Shown here: positions 24,612-39,933 of the stretch, in pieces
Position numbering within the stretch: the stretch's first letter is position 1
How the letters are laid out: every line of letters starts with the position of its first letter
NCBI GenBank assembly: GCA_000320545.1
Contig: ADNK01000135.1
Coordinates: forward strand, 62,001 to 126,000
Reading direction: 5' to 3'
From: Bigelowiella natans CCMP2755
Taxonomy: Eukaryota; Protista; Cercozoa
Length of the DNA: 64,000 bases
Made by a program: the position numbers and the translations under genes
The notes under the pieces: model-generated
Told to the model about the DNA's origin: nothing
Databases searched by the model: none
What the model saw: only the letters and a program-made list of their open reading frames with translations

Positions 24612-25561
24612 TTATTTGAAATATCTTGGATTGATGCGCACTGCAATATCTCTGGCAGTTTCCGCAAACTCCTGTTCTCCCGACATTTCATGAGCACTGG
24701 CTTTCACCGCCCATGCGTGAGCATTTCCCGGAAAGACATCCAAAGCGGCGTTTGCATCCGCGAGGCTCATTTTTTTTTCTTTAGATGCTAGGTACGCTTC
24801 GGCTCTTGCCGAAAATAAACGTGATTTAAACTCTGAGACTATGTCTAATGGTACATCCCATCCATCCGCATTTTGAGAATCCAGATTGTCAAGCGCTTTC
24901 GTAAGATGTTCGATGGCATGGTTCGGATGCCTCATCATGATTGCACGTAAACCTTGATCTTGTTCTTCGACTATGCCTTTGCGAATTGCACTAAGTCCCG
25001 AATGAAAGTCTCCATTGAACTCGCCCAACCCACAGAGAACTTGTTCAAAATCTTGAGCCGATTTTTGCCCAAGAAATGTCTTCGGCGGGAAGTTGCGCTT
25101 GAAGTTCGGACCTTCACCGCAGAATCCGAGACATTCAGAGTCCTCAAATTCGATACTTATGGATCCAGATAAAAATTGTAGAGCGCACCGCGCACGTTCG
25201 GCAGAGTCGGCCTTGTTACAGTTCCCAGAGGTGCACATTTTTAGGCGTTCACGTTTCGCAAAACAAAATATTTCTTTCCTTCCCTTAGCATCTGGAGCCC
25301 AGCGCCTCCAAGAATGCTTCGAATCTCCTGCGAATAGAAATGACAAAAAACAAGCTTGAAAAAGCATTCCTGAGACTATTGGACCGACTAACCTCGAATA
25401 TACGAGTAGGGTTTTCGGAGAAATGAAGAGCTCGACGCATATCTGGAGCTATTGGTTCCTGGGCTTTCCAAATTTTCGGTTCTATTAAGGGCTATTCTAT
25501 ATACGGAAGCGATGGCTATGAGGATGCCAAGTAGCATTCGGACCCGGCAAGCGGGTCTCAT
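24612..25561 (-). CDS. Probable plastid-targeted thioredoxin-like [2Fe-2S] ferredoxin domain + TPR protein
   Basis: N-terminal signal peptide (MRPACRVRMLLGILIAIASV) then an S/R-rich transit-like segment. Motif CTSGNC...CLGFCGEGPN. TPR-like LFSARAEAYL...SLADANAALDVFPGNAHAWAVKASAH. Confidence 0.65.
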
Positions 25562-25744
25562 TGTTTTCCTTGTTTTGTTTGTTGGGAGGGGTAGGTAGGC
25601 CACTGTGTCGAAATGTCGCAGGAATAAAAATGTTATCTTTTTATGATGTGCGACAGTGTAAAATACTTGTCGCAATAGTAACCGAATATTTCCCCAAATT
25701 TACCCTTGATTTGTGCCTTACGTCTTGGAGTTTGCCTTGTCGCA

Positions 25745-28700
25745 ATGAAAAGTGACAGGCCACACCAAGGAGAGCACCACGAACGAACAAGGGTGGAATT
25801 TGAATTTTCGAATGTGTGCGACGTGGGGGCTGAGGGCCGACTACATACATGTGCAATCGGTTGCTATCAAAAGGGGGAGGATAAATACAGAACCAACTCA
25901 TTGGAGGTGCTGCTAAGCTAGTATCTGCCCAAGGGATCATCATCATCGATGGGAGCCGAGTGTAGCTTGGGACCGAAACCTAAAAATGAGGAGAGCAGCC
26001 CTTCCTGGACACCTCTTAAATCAATGGTGAGTCAGTAAGGAAACACGTAATCTTACAACCATAAGTGAATTGCTTTATGGTGCATAGGTGTTCAAATTCT
26101 TGGCGAGACGGGACTGGGAGTCACGCAGCTTGGAGAATCTTCTAGAAAATAGCCAGTTGAAATCGCTGTGCCCGGGCCGATCTCTTTCTCCAATTACCAG
26201 CCCCGAGGTTTTATGCGATAATCATGTTTTTACAACAAATTTATTCACCGTATCAAAAACCAAAAATGCATGATAATGTCATCGTTTTGAACAAGACGGC
26301 GTACAGCATTCTCGGCAAAAATGGGTAGATATCCATGGCTGCGTACAATATTGATGATATCGAGGAACTCAATCAATTTGCAGGTGATGAGGGTATATGA
26401 ATTTCTCTTCATGCTTCAAATTGAGAAACTTAAAGCGGAAGGATTTAAGAATGAAAGGGATACAATGATTGCTGTGTGGAGGGCCGCTGGGGACATTGAA
26501 TTAGCAAGAACGTATCTTAGGGAAAAGGTATGTGTGTGTGTGTTGTGCGACTACATTGAATATAAATACTTTATTTGATTCAAATGATGGTTGTTTGTGC
26601 AATCAGGTGCTGCATCTCCGCAAGACAGTAATGTTCTGGAGGGAAATTCGAAAGTGCGATGTGTGAAACCCTTAAAAAGGAGACAACGATCAAAGATGAT
26701 AACCCAACATTTGCATCTCCTCCTGACAGCTCTGCAACTCGTCATATTTGTGGACTGTCATGTTTTGCACTCCTCTCTATTTTCTCCTCTCTCTTTCTCT
26801 CTCACTCTCTCACTCTCTCTCTCTCTACCTCTCCCTTTCTCTACCTTGAGCAGGCTAGCATACTGGGTGAAGAGCAAGGACGATAAAATCGGAAATGTGA
26901 TCGCTCTTCACCGAGATGTGAGACAGATTGACTGCGTAGATGCCTTACAAATTGCCCGAATGGAACCAGAGCCGGCCTTGAAGCTCTTGTTGTGGAGAAG
27001 CAAGCTTTCAATATTTGAAGTGACCGGAGTTCAGGAAGAGCTCATGTCTGATTTTCTCCTCATCCCTTTTCCCTGCGGTTCCTCCATGAAATCCTGCTCT
27101 TCTTTTATCTTATTTTTCGCTTCACGGATAATTAATGTTACGCACCTTTATCTAAACAATATTCGATCTCCTCGTCGCATCAACGTCCTATTTTCCTTTT
27201 TTTGCGCTACTCGACGAGCAGTTTTGGGTACAATTTTCTTTCTAGTGAACATATCGTCTGCACACGTAAAATCTTTACTACTACTACTACTTGTTTGCTG
27301 TTTGTAAATCGTGGACAGCTACATCCGGAAATGGATCATCTCAAAGACGAGAAATAGGCACAAGGGGGCGCATCGTGACCACAGCAGGAAGGGGAAGAAA
27401 AAGAAAAAAAATCCGTAATGCAATTCGTTCTAATCACACGACAACCACGGGAGCACATATCTTTCTGTTATGAAATAGCTCGCTCTGCTTATTACATGAT
27501 TATTTAGTTTATCTATCTCTCTTTCTCTATCTGACTTCACCTATCCTCCTCCCCTCCTCATCCTCCTCATCATCATCAGGGTAATCAGCAAGAATACATT
27601 TGATGTCTTGAAAAAAAGCAATTTCCACCTGGACACGGCACTCAAGATTATGGGCTGGAAATCGCGAATTGTGGAAGGTCAGTGGGAGGACGACGAGGAC
27701 GATGATGAGCAAAGGACATGATGATGAAATGATGAAACGTAACGGTGATAATTGCTATATAGGAACCATCGGCCCAAAACAGGTCTTAAAATGGCTAAAA
27801 GACTACGTGAAGCGTCACCAAACTTTCAAAGAGGCAAATGCCGGGTATCCCCGTGATTGTGGGAGTATCCGTTGGTGGTGCAAGGTGAATAAGGACCACC
27901 GTCCGTTATTATAAATTTCATTACGTTACATTTTACTGTACAATGCGAAGTTTTAGCAGTGGCAGTAGCATTAAAGAATACTTTTTATGTAGAAGTAGGA
28001 TATAAGAGCGCTTTCCTCCTGTATTCGTTTTCTTTCTCTTGCATCATCATCATTATTGACTATGTTTGGTGTATGCATGCTTTCTACTGAATGCCGTGCG
28101 TGGACAATACTGCTACTGTCTGCTTGTATATCTCACGGAGAACAACCAACTGACCTTGTTATCATCGGGTGCATCTGCATCATGTTAGAGAGCATTAATG
28201 TGCTAGTATGAGAAACCTTTTGAGGAAGAAGAAGAAGAAGAAGAAGAAGAAGAAGAAGCATGTTGTGTCTGCCGCCATCACCATCATCGTTCTCTAGTTA
28301 CTAATGCAGCACTAACAGGTTGAGAAACGATTTGGAACGGAAAGAATCTTGGCGGCTGCAGTGAGAGAAAGAAATGGCCAAGAGCAGACACTCATCTCCA
28401 ACTTACAGCAGCAAGGAAAGCAGCAACAAATGAATGAAGGGGCATCGGTGACGATGCAATCGATCACGGATCTTGATGGGTGATGATGACTTAAAATGAA
28501 GAAGAGGAGTTCTCCTGTGCAATTTCGAATGCATTTAAATGCTTCCCCTCATTCTATGACAGGCAAACAATGAGATAGATCTTCCTTCCTAAGACTACAA
28601 TTACTAACTGAGATTATCTTTAAGAATTCCATGCTATTCGTGCCATTTTGAATGCGATTGCTGGCTGAAATATACCCGTCTGTTCGTCGCTGCGGCATCT

Positions 28701-29120
28701 GTGTTGTTTTGCTTTCTTTTCACTGCACGCTCCGTTAGAAATGATGATACAAAGGATGAACTACAGCCGATATTTGAAGGTATTATGATGATTCATATTT
28801 ATCAATGCTGGAAACTTGTTTCCCTTTGCATCTTGATTCCAATGTACAACTTTGCATACGTTTGCATGCGTTGTCATCAGGCGATCCAATCCTTGTCTAC
28901 GATGAAGAAACCGATGAAAACGATGATCGTCGTTCCCATATTCTGGAGGCCAGATGCAGACGGCTGTAAGTAGCTGAACATGTCACTTTAGTGGTAGCGC
29001 AATTATTTGGCAGTATGCACATATTACGGCCTTCCTTGCGCCACCCCCCAACAACAACCTCAAATTCGTTGATATTTACCCAAAAAAACTAGATCAGTTG
29101 TAATATATCTAATATATCGT

Positions 29121-29161
<41 letters not shown>

Positions 29162-29247
29162 GTGTATATTTAAGATGGAGATACAAATAATAGAAATTAT
29201 GTGCTATATTGTACAATTATATTCGCAAACCCCTCCTCCCTTCGCAC

Positions 29248-29281
<34 letters not shown>

Positions 29282-30088
29282 TTGTTTTTGATCAGAATTG
29301 CGGTTGGAAAGAGCTCATTGTCGAGCAGTAGCCGTCGTGACGGTGGTAGCGGTGTATTCGAGTTTGAAGCTAAAATAGATGCTAGGACTCGTTCAATATA
29401 CTTTCCAAGGAAGCTACAAAGACGACGACGTAAACAGCAGCAGCAAGAACAACAACGTACCACTCAAAACGAGGATAACGATGCTAAATCTGCTGCTGCT
29501 GTCTCCTCCGGCAATGTTCTGAACGAGTCAATGGATAGGAAAAGAAGGACGATATCATCATCAAACAACTCACGTGACAGCGATTACTTCCTCAATTTTG
29601 GGAACAATCTCACCACGTACACCATTCGGCTGTGGGAGGTTGAGATCTTCGTAACGGTAGTTGTTAGTAGATAATAGTATATAGTGATGAATAGTACACA
29701 GTAGTAGTAGTAGTAGTAGTTGTAGTAGTTGTGGTTTTTGTAGGAGGGCATTGATGAGGACACCAGGGAGCAATCGATGGTGTATTATGATTGTAGTAGA
29801 GTGATATGGAAAATACTTAATCATCACCACAATTTCGTGTGTTGTCATCTTGCCCGTCCTCCTTCTAGCCTTGGACAAAACACACCTAAATTTGAGACCA
29901 TGTCTTGCATCGTCGTCTTAGCCAATTTGATGATGAACGAGCACTATAAATAACACATTTGCAGACAAATCTTCCTCACGAGGAGCAGGGCTATCACCTT
30001 CTGGATGTGTTCTACGACAACTCGTTTCGATGGTAGTAATGGGTCATTGCTCGGCCTCCTCCTCTTTTCAGATTTCTGCTACTCTATA

Positions 30089-30170
<82 letters not shown>

Positions 30171-30813
30171 ATTTGTGGTTCTAACGCGTCCTTAAAGGTC
30201 CCCAAACTGCCTCTCGACGCCAGATTTTATGGAGAAGTCAGTCCGATTGATTCAAAGCAACCCTGAGCTCTTCAGAAGATTTTCGATAGATATCATCCCG
30301 GCGTTACGTACGACCCTTCTTCATTATCCCAAGAAGCTTACGTTTGAGCTGCTCAGAGACTCCATTTTGCCTAAGATGGACACACGAGACAAGCGCTGTA
30401 ACGACACATTCTTTGCTTTGTTTGTTTGTGTGTGTGTGTGTGTGCGTGTGATACATAAGATTCTGTTTGTCACTGATCGGTACTCGCCGTTTGATAATTT
30501 CGCTTAAACTATTCGCACTCGTATCTTCATTATGTTTCCACTGCTAGAATGACCAACCGGAAATCGTACTTGCGTGTGTCTGATACTTTCCTGAATTCTT
30601 GCCTGTGTAGCTTCCTCGCGACAGACCTCGAGGCAACCCACGCCCAGAATTAAGTAAGAAATATCGGTAGAAGGGGAGAAGGGGGGGGTCAGAAAAGGAG
30701 AAGGAGAAGAAGAAGAAGCAAAAGAGGACGAGGACAAAGTGAAACTCAATGATACTGTGTGAGATAGCGTATACAGACACAAAGCAGAACCCTTCGCAAT
30801 AAGTACCATTAGC

Positions 30814-30863
<50 letters not shown>

Positions 30864-31022
30864 TACACACACATACACACACAATCTAAGGCAATCAAGC
30901 AACCGATCTAATAACTCAAAGTTCAAGATCGGGTCTGTCTATGGCAAATCATCATCATTCCTTCTCCATCATAGTAGAGGGGGAGAACAGTGTTACAGAG
31001 AGTGCGCAAACTGGCATCATCA

Positions 31023-31073
<51 letters not shown>

Positions 31074-31236
31074 GCATTATTGCTACACATGATCGGGGGA
31101 TGATTACGATAACATTATTCAAGGATGGAAGGGAAAAAGAAGGGCTCCTTGTTCTGCAGTATAGTAGATGTAGTTGCCAACACCATGCAGCTAGGTACTA
31201 TCTCACCTCTACCAATCTACTACTTCCAAAAGAATA

Positions 31237-31272
<36 letters not shown>

Positions 31273-32824
31273 AAGGAGCCTCGACTTCGTCGTCGTCGTC
31301 GTCGTCGTCATATCCTCATCAATTTTGATGTTTAGATCAATCATAACACAATGGCAAAGCAATAAAGCTTTTGTGAATTTCACTCCCTTATGATGTGCAT
31401 CGTCGTCATTCTAAGAAACTTCCTCAAATAATCCAAACGACAGTTATCGCCCTTCATCATCATCATCACCATCATCATCACCATCATTATCAACATTGCT
31501 ACCAATATCCATTATCAGAGGGCCAAGTAATTTTCTCCCTCTCATTAATGCGCGTGGCAGCCTTCATGGGAAATCAAGTAAACGACGACAAGAGGAAGAT
31601 ACCATCAGATATATGCAGGATGCTACTAGCTAAATTTTCCCTCCCCCCCTCCCTTTCTTATGCCTCACCCACAGGACGGAGTGAAAACTGAGGCTCTACG
31701 CACGCTGACGATGATAAAGAGCTTGGTTGAGAGCAGACTCGACGTTAGTCAGTTCCGGAGCATCGATGATAGGAAGCAAAGACTACGTAATGCTATTAGA
31801 CCGGAGGAAAGCGGGGGGGGAGGGGTGGGGGGTTAGTTATTTCCCATAATTTATATTAATGATGCTTTTCATCATTTAGGGTTGGAAAGAAAGCGAGCTT
31901 ACAGCTTTGTCTACTCTGAGATGATGTTTTGGATGGTGACAGCATTGTGCGCCACCACCACCACCACCAACAGCAGCGAAAACGACAACGATGACGAGTC
32001 TATATTGCCATTAGCTGATGCACCGAAGCCTGCTCTATCCTACATCTTAAGCATAGCCCAGAAATTTGACTTTGACAACAATCTACTGAAAGAAGAGGTG
32101 ATCCTACCGCAACTGCTTTCTCTCCTCCTCCTGCTACTTCTACTACTACCATCACTACTGCTACTACTACTTCTACAACTAAATACTTCCAATAGTACGT
32201 TTATCTTTTCATGAAATTATTCAGATTGTACCAGAAAAAGAGGGCATGGAGGAATGGAAGGACAGGGGCAAGTCTCTAGAGTCGTTTGGAGATATCCGCA
32301 CGGAGGAGGAGGAGGAAGAGGAGGAGGAGGAAGAGTCTTCGGACTCTGACGATGACAACGATGTTACCTATGAACGATTTTCTGCTGAGAAGGTGGTATG
32401 GGGTTGGGGGGGGGGGGGGGGCAGTAGCAGAATGGGTGATTGCAACAGCGCAGTGGTCATGTTGTGGCTTTTTAAAATATATTCTGATGTGTCGTTTGAA
32501 GGTAGGAGAGGAGCAGAGCAGCAGCCATGAACAACATTGTGTGCTGCAATGTCGAATTGCTTCTTTTACTTTCTGCTGCTGGCCTCATTCATTTCCAACT
32601 TATACAATACGTGTATATAGATTCCATGCCCGTGGCAAATAGTGTTGCAGCGCCTATCAGGATTCTCCAGCCAAGACAGCATGAAATATGAGCTTGAGGA
32701 CTTCACCTACCATTCCTACTGCGACTACACGTTTAAAGGTGTAGTAGCAATGATTAGCTGAAATCTATATCGTATCATTTCGAGATATTGCACACACTAA
32801 AGACAATGGGGGGTCTTATTCAAG

Positions 32825-32856
<32 letters not shown>

Positions 32857-33236
32857 ATACATACACACACGCACACAGAGCATGCACTTTCTTCTTTCTA
32901 TGTGCTCACACGCCGTCGTCCTCTAGAACATCTGGAGAAGGCTGCAGCTTTCGAGGCATTCAGCAATCTCTCATCTTACGATGACACTGTACGCTCCGCC
33001 AACCCTCTTCTGGCGCTCTGCTATATCAACAACACGTAAGAAAATGGTTGCTGCCATGTGTTCTATTTGCTCTTTATTCTCGATCGTGCTGCTTCTTCTG
33101 CTCCCAAGAGCACGGCGATGTGGATATAATTTGAGTATCACTCTTATACGAGCAGAGAGACTGTTGCATATCAGCTGCATCGTTGCGTATGCAACTTCTG
33201 TACTGTGTTGTCGTCATTTGTGTGAATCTAGAAGTG

Positions 33237-33271
<35 letters not shown>

Positions 33272-33677
33272 ATAATTGCAAATTCCTAATGACTCTCTCC
33301 CTCCTTCTCCTCCTCCTCCTCCTCCTCCTCCTTCTCCCCTGCACCTGTTGGTGATGTGCGCGCATGGCAAATAACATTTACATACGGGTAACAAAGCACG
33401 GAGGTGGCACTTGAGCTGTGTCGCGAGCTTGAAAAGCGGCGGCGCTGGTTGTTTTTCCAATATATCAAGGACGAAAAGCAAGCCTTAAACTTCCTACGCG
33501 AATCGCCACGGCTTTCAGAGTCTAATTTCACGATGATGGCTAGAATTTATGCCAAAAACGTATTTCACTCTCCCCTAATCCTCCCCCCCCCCCCCTCCTT
33601 TATTTCCACCCGCTTGGCTGCTCTTAATGTTTGTTATTGGCGAATATTTTAATAGAACCTTGCTCCCTTTACTACTG

Positions 33678-33710
<33 letters not shown>

Positions 33711-33861
33711 GTGTGGCCATTACCATAAGCTAGCAATAACAACAACAAATACATACACACGCACACACTCACACATGCATTCAGGGCTACTTTAGGAGTG
33801 CTAGGAAGATTATTCAAGAAATGAAGCATTGGTAAGTAGAAGTAGGAGAAGTATAACACAC

Positions 33862-33905
<44 letters not shown>

Positions 33906-35197
33906 GGAGAGAAGATAGGAATTAGGTATTGATGATCATGGAAGCAGAGAGTGTTCTGTTTTTACAATGATAAGAGACAACAAGATATGATGATGACAAT
34001 GATGATAATGATGATGACAGTGGTGGCGGTGGTGGTGACGACGACGATAATGTGATGAAGTAGGGGCAGATAAATAGAGTAGAGAAGAAGTAGGATGCAA
34101 AGGAGGAAAGCAGCAAATGAAAACACGACTAAAATGTTGCCCTAGTGAAGTTGATTTGTATCTTGATCGTGATATGGCTGATAATCAATACAGGAAGATG
34201 CACGTGTCCCCGCTAATACACCAGGATGCAATGGCGGCACTCGTTCGAATCGGCGAGACCTGTAATACGACGACGAATAATTGACGTTTTTGGTGGTTTT
34301 GCCAACGTCGCAGTAGAGAGCTAGAACATGGAATTGCTTTCAAACACATCTCCTCCTTCTCCTCTTTTTCTTTGATATATGTGCCTATTTACTTACCCAT
34401 TACAGTGATACATGTAGTGGTAGTAGTTGTGGCAAAGGTGACATGCTTTGCAGTTTTCACGTACTTGATACGTGTTTGTCATCTTTTCTCTTAATCTCTT
34501 CCATCATTCTTTGCTGCGTATCGTCCTTTCTCTCTCTTTCTCTTTCTCCCCCCCCCCCTCTCTCCATCTTCTCCTATCGTAGGTTCGATAAGGAGTTCCC
34601 CTTGGATTTTGGAGCTAGCCAACAACGTAATACACAGCAGAACCTTTAGCGATCAAATTGATTTGAAGAAGGAACATCGAAAAAACAACATTTTACAGCT
34701 TCTCTAAAGCACATCCGTCATCATCGTCATCATCATCATAGCATCATCGTTGTCGTGTTGTTGTTGATGTTGTTATTGTTGTATTCATGATGAACCATAT
34801 ATGCATACTCTGTACGGATATATCTAGTATTGCCAAGAGGACGAAGAAGCATCATCCATGTTGTCGCTAGCTCTACTCAGAGAGCTACATCTAACGGTAT
34901 TGTTGATGATGACGGGACGCACATAAGAGTGTATAGATAGAGGAGATCAATGCGTACGGCGAAACATGATTCTCGTGTCCTATATTCCTTCCACCCAAGT
35001 GTTTAATTGCATTCATTCTAACACAGAAGCTCCTCCACCGCTTTTGCGTACAATTCTAAAGCCGTCCTACGTGTCATTTCCCTTACTTTTTCACATTTCC
35101 CCTTCTCTTTCATGTATGTAAATGTATGTATATATGTATGTATGCAGCGGCTGCTGCAGAATGCCAGCGATGCTCTGATGAAAGGTAAATGCACTAA

Positions 35198-35267
<70 letters not shown>

Positions 35268-36142
35268 CTAGAGAGAGAGAAAGAGAGATACAGAGATATG
35301 AAGGGGTTTAACTCTACATCCTCGCAGCGGATTCCTCATCGAAGTTGACAGCAACGACTGTATTCACAACGTTAAAACCACAGATATTGGGGAGAGGAAA
35401 TTGGACTTCTTGGCACAGAAGCAACCCCAAAACATGACGATTCTACACCTCCTCCTGCGTGCTCAAGAATTGATGAATCAGCATCATCGGGGAGCAGCTA
35501 GAAAAGAGCACGTCAAGCACCCCGTCTCTGCCTCCTCCTCCTCCTCCTTTTGCCCTTATCTCCGGGAGGAAAGTGATGAAGGCTTTGATTTCGAGGGCGG
35601 GGGAGGCGAGCAGATCGACGACGATGAGGATGATGAATCAGCTTTATATCGTACTATACTAATAGTAACAGCAGCACACTACACGCATTTTGAAGGATTT
35701 GAATGATTTAATTATGTTAAAGCAGCTATGTCTGTAGAGTGGCGTGACACGATGATATGTGGAAATGCGTTGATAACGAATAGCCTTGAAGGAGAACACA
35801 AGTGACGGATACTCTCTCCTCCGAGAAGAAGAGGAAGCTAAATTGAAAGAGAATGCTGCGAGGAGGAGGAGTAGGAGGAGGAGGAGAAGGCAGAGCGGCC
35901 ACAATTCAAGATCAAATCTGGCGGGTAGAATTCGTGCTTGTGATTAGTTATCTTGTTGTGTGTAGTGTCCCTCCTCACCACCACATTCTTCTGTGCGTTG
36001 TTGTTCTTCTTCTTGTTGTTTTTGTTGTTGTTGTTGTTGTTGTTGTTGTCTAGGATGCTTCGCAAACGAGTTTAGACTGAGGTTTTTGTTTCTACTGGAA
36101 AAGATATTGATACTTCAGAAGGTCATGATAATACTATTTACT

Positions 36143-36216
<74 letters not shown>

Positions 36217-37343
36217 TTTCTTCTTGTGTAGAAGATATGATTATATGAATGAGCACAGTGTTTTTGTGAGAGAACTAATTCCGCCCCTTCTCTTTCCTCT
36301 CTCCTTTGCTCCTCCTCTTTCTGCGTGGTTGTATGGCATGTGTGCGGGTGTCAAATATGCAGAAAGTTGGCGCTGATGAAATTCGAAAAGCGAGTATAGC
36401 AGCCATCGCAGACAAGTAAGAGAAGAAGGAGAACAAAATTGCTATAGCCCTTCCCCCTCCTTATCATGTTTACATATATAGCTGTATTCTTTTAAGACAC
36501 AAAGGCCAAGTTGCTGATGCATCCTCCTGTGTACACCTGTCCTTGCTTTACGCGTGAATGTATTGGAGGGGGGGGGGGATATGCTTTTTCATCAGTGTAG
36601 CTCCATCGTCGTTACTGTTGTTGTTGTTGTTGTTGTTCTAATACGGTGAGCAGCGAATTTCATCAAACCCCCATTGAAATAGCCAAATCTATGGTGAAGG
36701 CTGTGAAGGTCGGCAGTCTTTTTTGCCTCTAATTTTATCAAGGACTAGTTGCGCCAAAGCAGCCTCAGATATGTATTATTATCATCCCCATACAACATGC
36801 ATATACTGTATATATATGTAGTACCGTGGAGGGTGGTTACGTCGAGTATACTAGCGTGTTTGTGTGTATGTATGTGTTGATCTTGGTGTATCTTCGAGCA
36901 ATAAAGATATACGAAACTGCGTTGTAAGTTGATTTTATTAATACAGAATGGTACTCCCTCGGAAAGGCAACGAAAACAATTTCTTAGGGTCATCACAAAG
37001 ACCTTTCTCAGTCCGAAGCACGAGGCTTTAGGCGTTGGAATGGGCGAGCACTACAAGGATGGCTCGGGTGCAGCAGTCGCTGCTGCTGTGAATTTATATG
37101 AAGGCCTTTGCCGGGAGAGAAATCTCTGACGTAACGTTCTAATAATGATTGCTCATTAGCAACCGTCTCCCTGACAATTCTCTATGCGCACAGGGACGAG
37201 GTGACAGACGTGCTTTCAGCCTACCTTCAACTGGGGGCAGAAGGGAGAAGGTGGCCGATTGTGCAAGAAACCTATGCTGATGATGGGGGGTGGGGGGGGG
37301 GATGGAAAATAGAGAAAACGAGGGTGGGAATGAATAATAACAA

Positions 37344-37374
<31 letters not shown>

Positions 37375-38259
37375 AAGGTCATCATTCGCTATAGCAGCAG
37401 CATGCAAGATCCGTAGCGTTCTTGATTCATTAATTTATGTGTTGTTATCGGTGTCTCATGGTTTTCCCTCATTTTTTGGACGATTTTCCTCACTCTCTCC
37501 AGTGAAAAGGACGATGGGGCTGCGTGGGTAATGATTCTGCTAATTTCACCACCAACTCACACACACACACACACACAGACATTACGAACACGATGCACAT
37601 ATGAATAACAACGGCAGTGAGTGTGATGACAGTACACTATGCTCGGTGTCCCTTGATGGTCTCTGTTTGTGTTTTAGCTCTGTTTGAGGCGAACGCAGTA
37701 TACTCGCTACCATCAGTCCGGAGTCGTCGGAAATGACAACAACAATAGCTTGAGAAACGAAACAGAAAATGGAAAGACGAGGAGGCGAAGACCACGGTAC
37801 ACACGCCTTTTGATCGCTCTCAGGAGGAAAGCTCGAAGTATTGTCGATCTCCCATTGAACATAAACAAGAACGACTACTCTCCTCCGCTATCCAACGTAA
37901 GTTCCAATCTGAACAAACGCTGTTAATACCGGGCAATGACAGCGTAACGTGACCTGCTACTCGCTGCTGCTGCGACGGTATATCCATCACCGCAGGTGCT
38001 CTTGCTAAAGGAACGACTAAGTCCTGATAAATCGTGCAAGGAATTAGCAGCATTTCTTAAGAGGACAGGGTTTCAGAAGGATCTCTGTGAGGTAGTTCCG
38101 GTATCAATAGTTGCAGTTACAGATGCAGTAGTAGTAGTAGTAGTAGTAGTAGTCGTAGTAGTAGTAGTAGTTGTAGTATTCACGGCGTTGTCGCCAACAA
38201 AGATGAAGAACAACAACCTAAACTTTTCTAAATGAACGATGTGATCTGTAATAGAGCAC

Positions 38260-38296
<37 letters not shown>

Positions 38297-38299
38297 TGT

Positions 38300-38340
<41 letters not shown>

Positions 38341-39592
38341 TGCGTGTGTGTGTTATCTTGACGTATTGATACATTTGCATGATGTGTTTCTCATTCTCCA
38401 GCTTCCCCATCTCCCCCTCCTCTTCCTCCTCGTCATCATGATGATCACTTTCCACCATATCCTCCCCCTCCCCCCCCTACTAACACCTTAATATCCTGCA
38501 GAGCGTCATATCTGCAAGATTCCACTGTCTGGATTTGATGAGAATCACTCAAATGCGGGACGCGCTGAAAATCTGTGCGTAATAAACGCTATTTATGTGC
38601 GATCTAGAGAGTAATAGGTTCTGTGTAGGAGGTGCGATTGTACCCAGCAATGCATGTGTTTTAGGCTGATGGTTGCGCCTTATCATTTATCAATATTTCT
38701 TGCCCTTCTCTCTCCTCCAGGCGGTGGAGATCGTACAAAGGCACACAAGCTATTGTGTATTGTATACACTCTCCTTACTGAGCGACGAGGCAGCAGCAGC
38801 GATATGGACAATATAGAGAATGGGCCTGCATATGGGGAGAGATATCGAATCTCCTCGCGTAACAAGGAGTGGTATATCCGGAGGCACAAGGTCGTCGTTG
38901 TGTCTTCTGGCTTTGTCGGCCATTGCTCTTTCGAAAGCGTTTGTTATAACCGCACTTCCTATCACATCAATTTAGGAGGAGGAAGAGGATGAGGAGGAGA
39001 AGCTCAACGAAGGAATGTAATATATGGAAAGAAGGAGAAAAGGGGGGGGATGAGAAATGTTGGCCAAAATACGATGAGAGAATAGACTTCAGGCTAGAAT
39101 CTCTTCTGCTCCTCCTGTCATCATTTATGAATAAATATTCACAGAGACTAATACACCATTATTTGCTTTAAGTTGATATATGCCGTGTGTTTGATCTGGT
39201 GCGTAATCTGCTTACTGCGACAGGGGTTATGACGACTCGCAGAGTGAAGGACATTCAGCAGAAGAGGAGAAGGAGGGAGACTTGGAGGAGAATAAATTGA
39301 CAAGTAGTAAATGAGTACATGCAAAGCCTACGAAACAACACAAAGCTGCAGCTGTCGCATAAATACCTGCTGTCAATATATGTTTTTTGGACCACTGGTG
39401 TGTAATTATTTTCCCTTTGCTGCTGCAGGCTTTGTGTACTCCTCCTCCTCAAGATTTGACAGAGAGAATTACGGGCTTGGCGAGGCTATAAAGGAGGATG
39501 AGCAGGAGGAGGAGGACTGCGAAAACTTCCGAGTTTTGAGGGATCTGATTTCCAGGGATATTATCAAGGTCTAGAGAATAGGATAGAGAAAT

Positions 39593-39632
<40 letters not shown>

Positions 39633-39680
39633 CGGCTGTTTGGAGGGGAGGGAGAACTAGAAAATATTTCGATGTACTCT

Positions 39681-39722
<42 letters not shown>

Positions 39723-39860
39723 ATGTCCGTCGCTCTACATCCTCCTCCACTTCGATAGTTGCAGTCAATGTGGTAGGGAGGGGGTGGGTTTCATTCACAA
39801 ATTGACTACTTTTGGTCAGTCATACCTGTCCATCGAAAGATTATATACATTTATGCGCGC

Positions 39861-39933
<73 letters not shown>

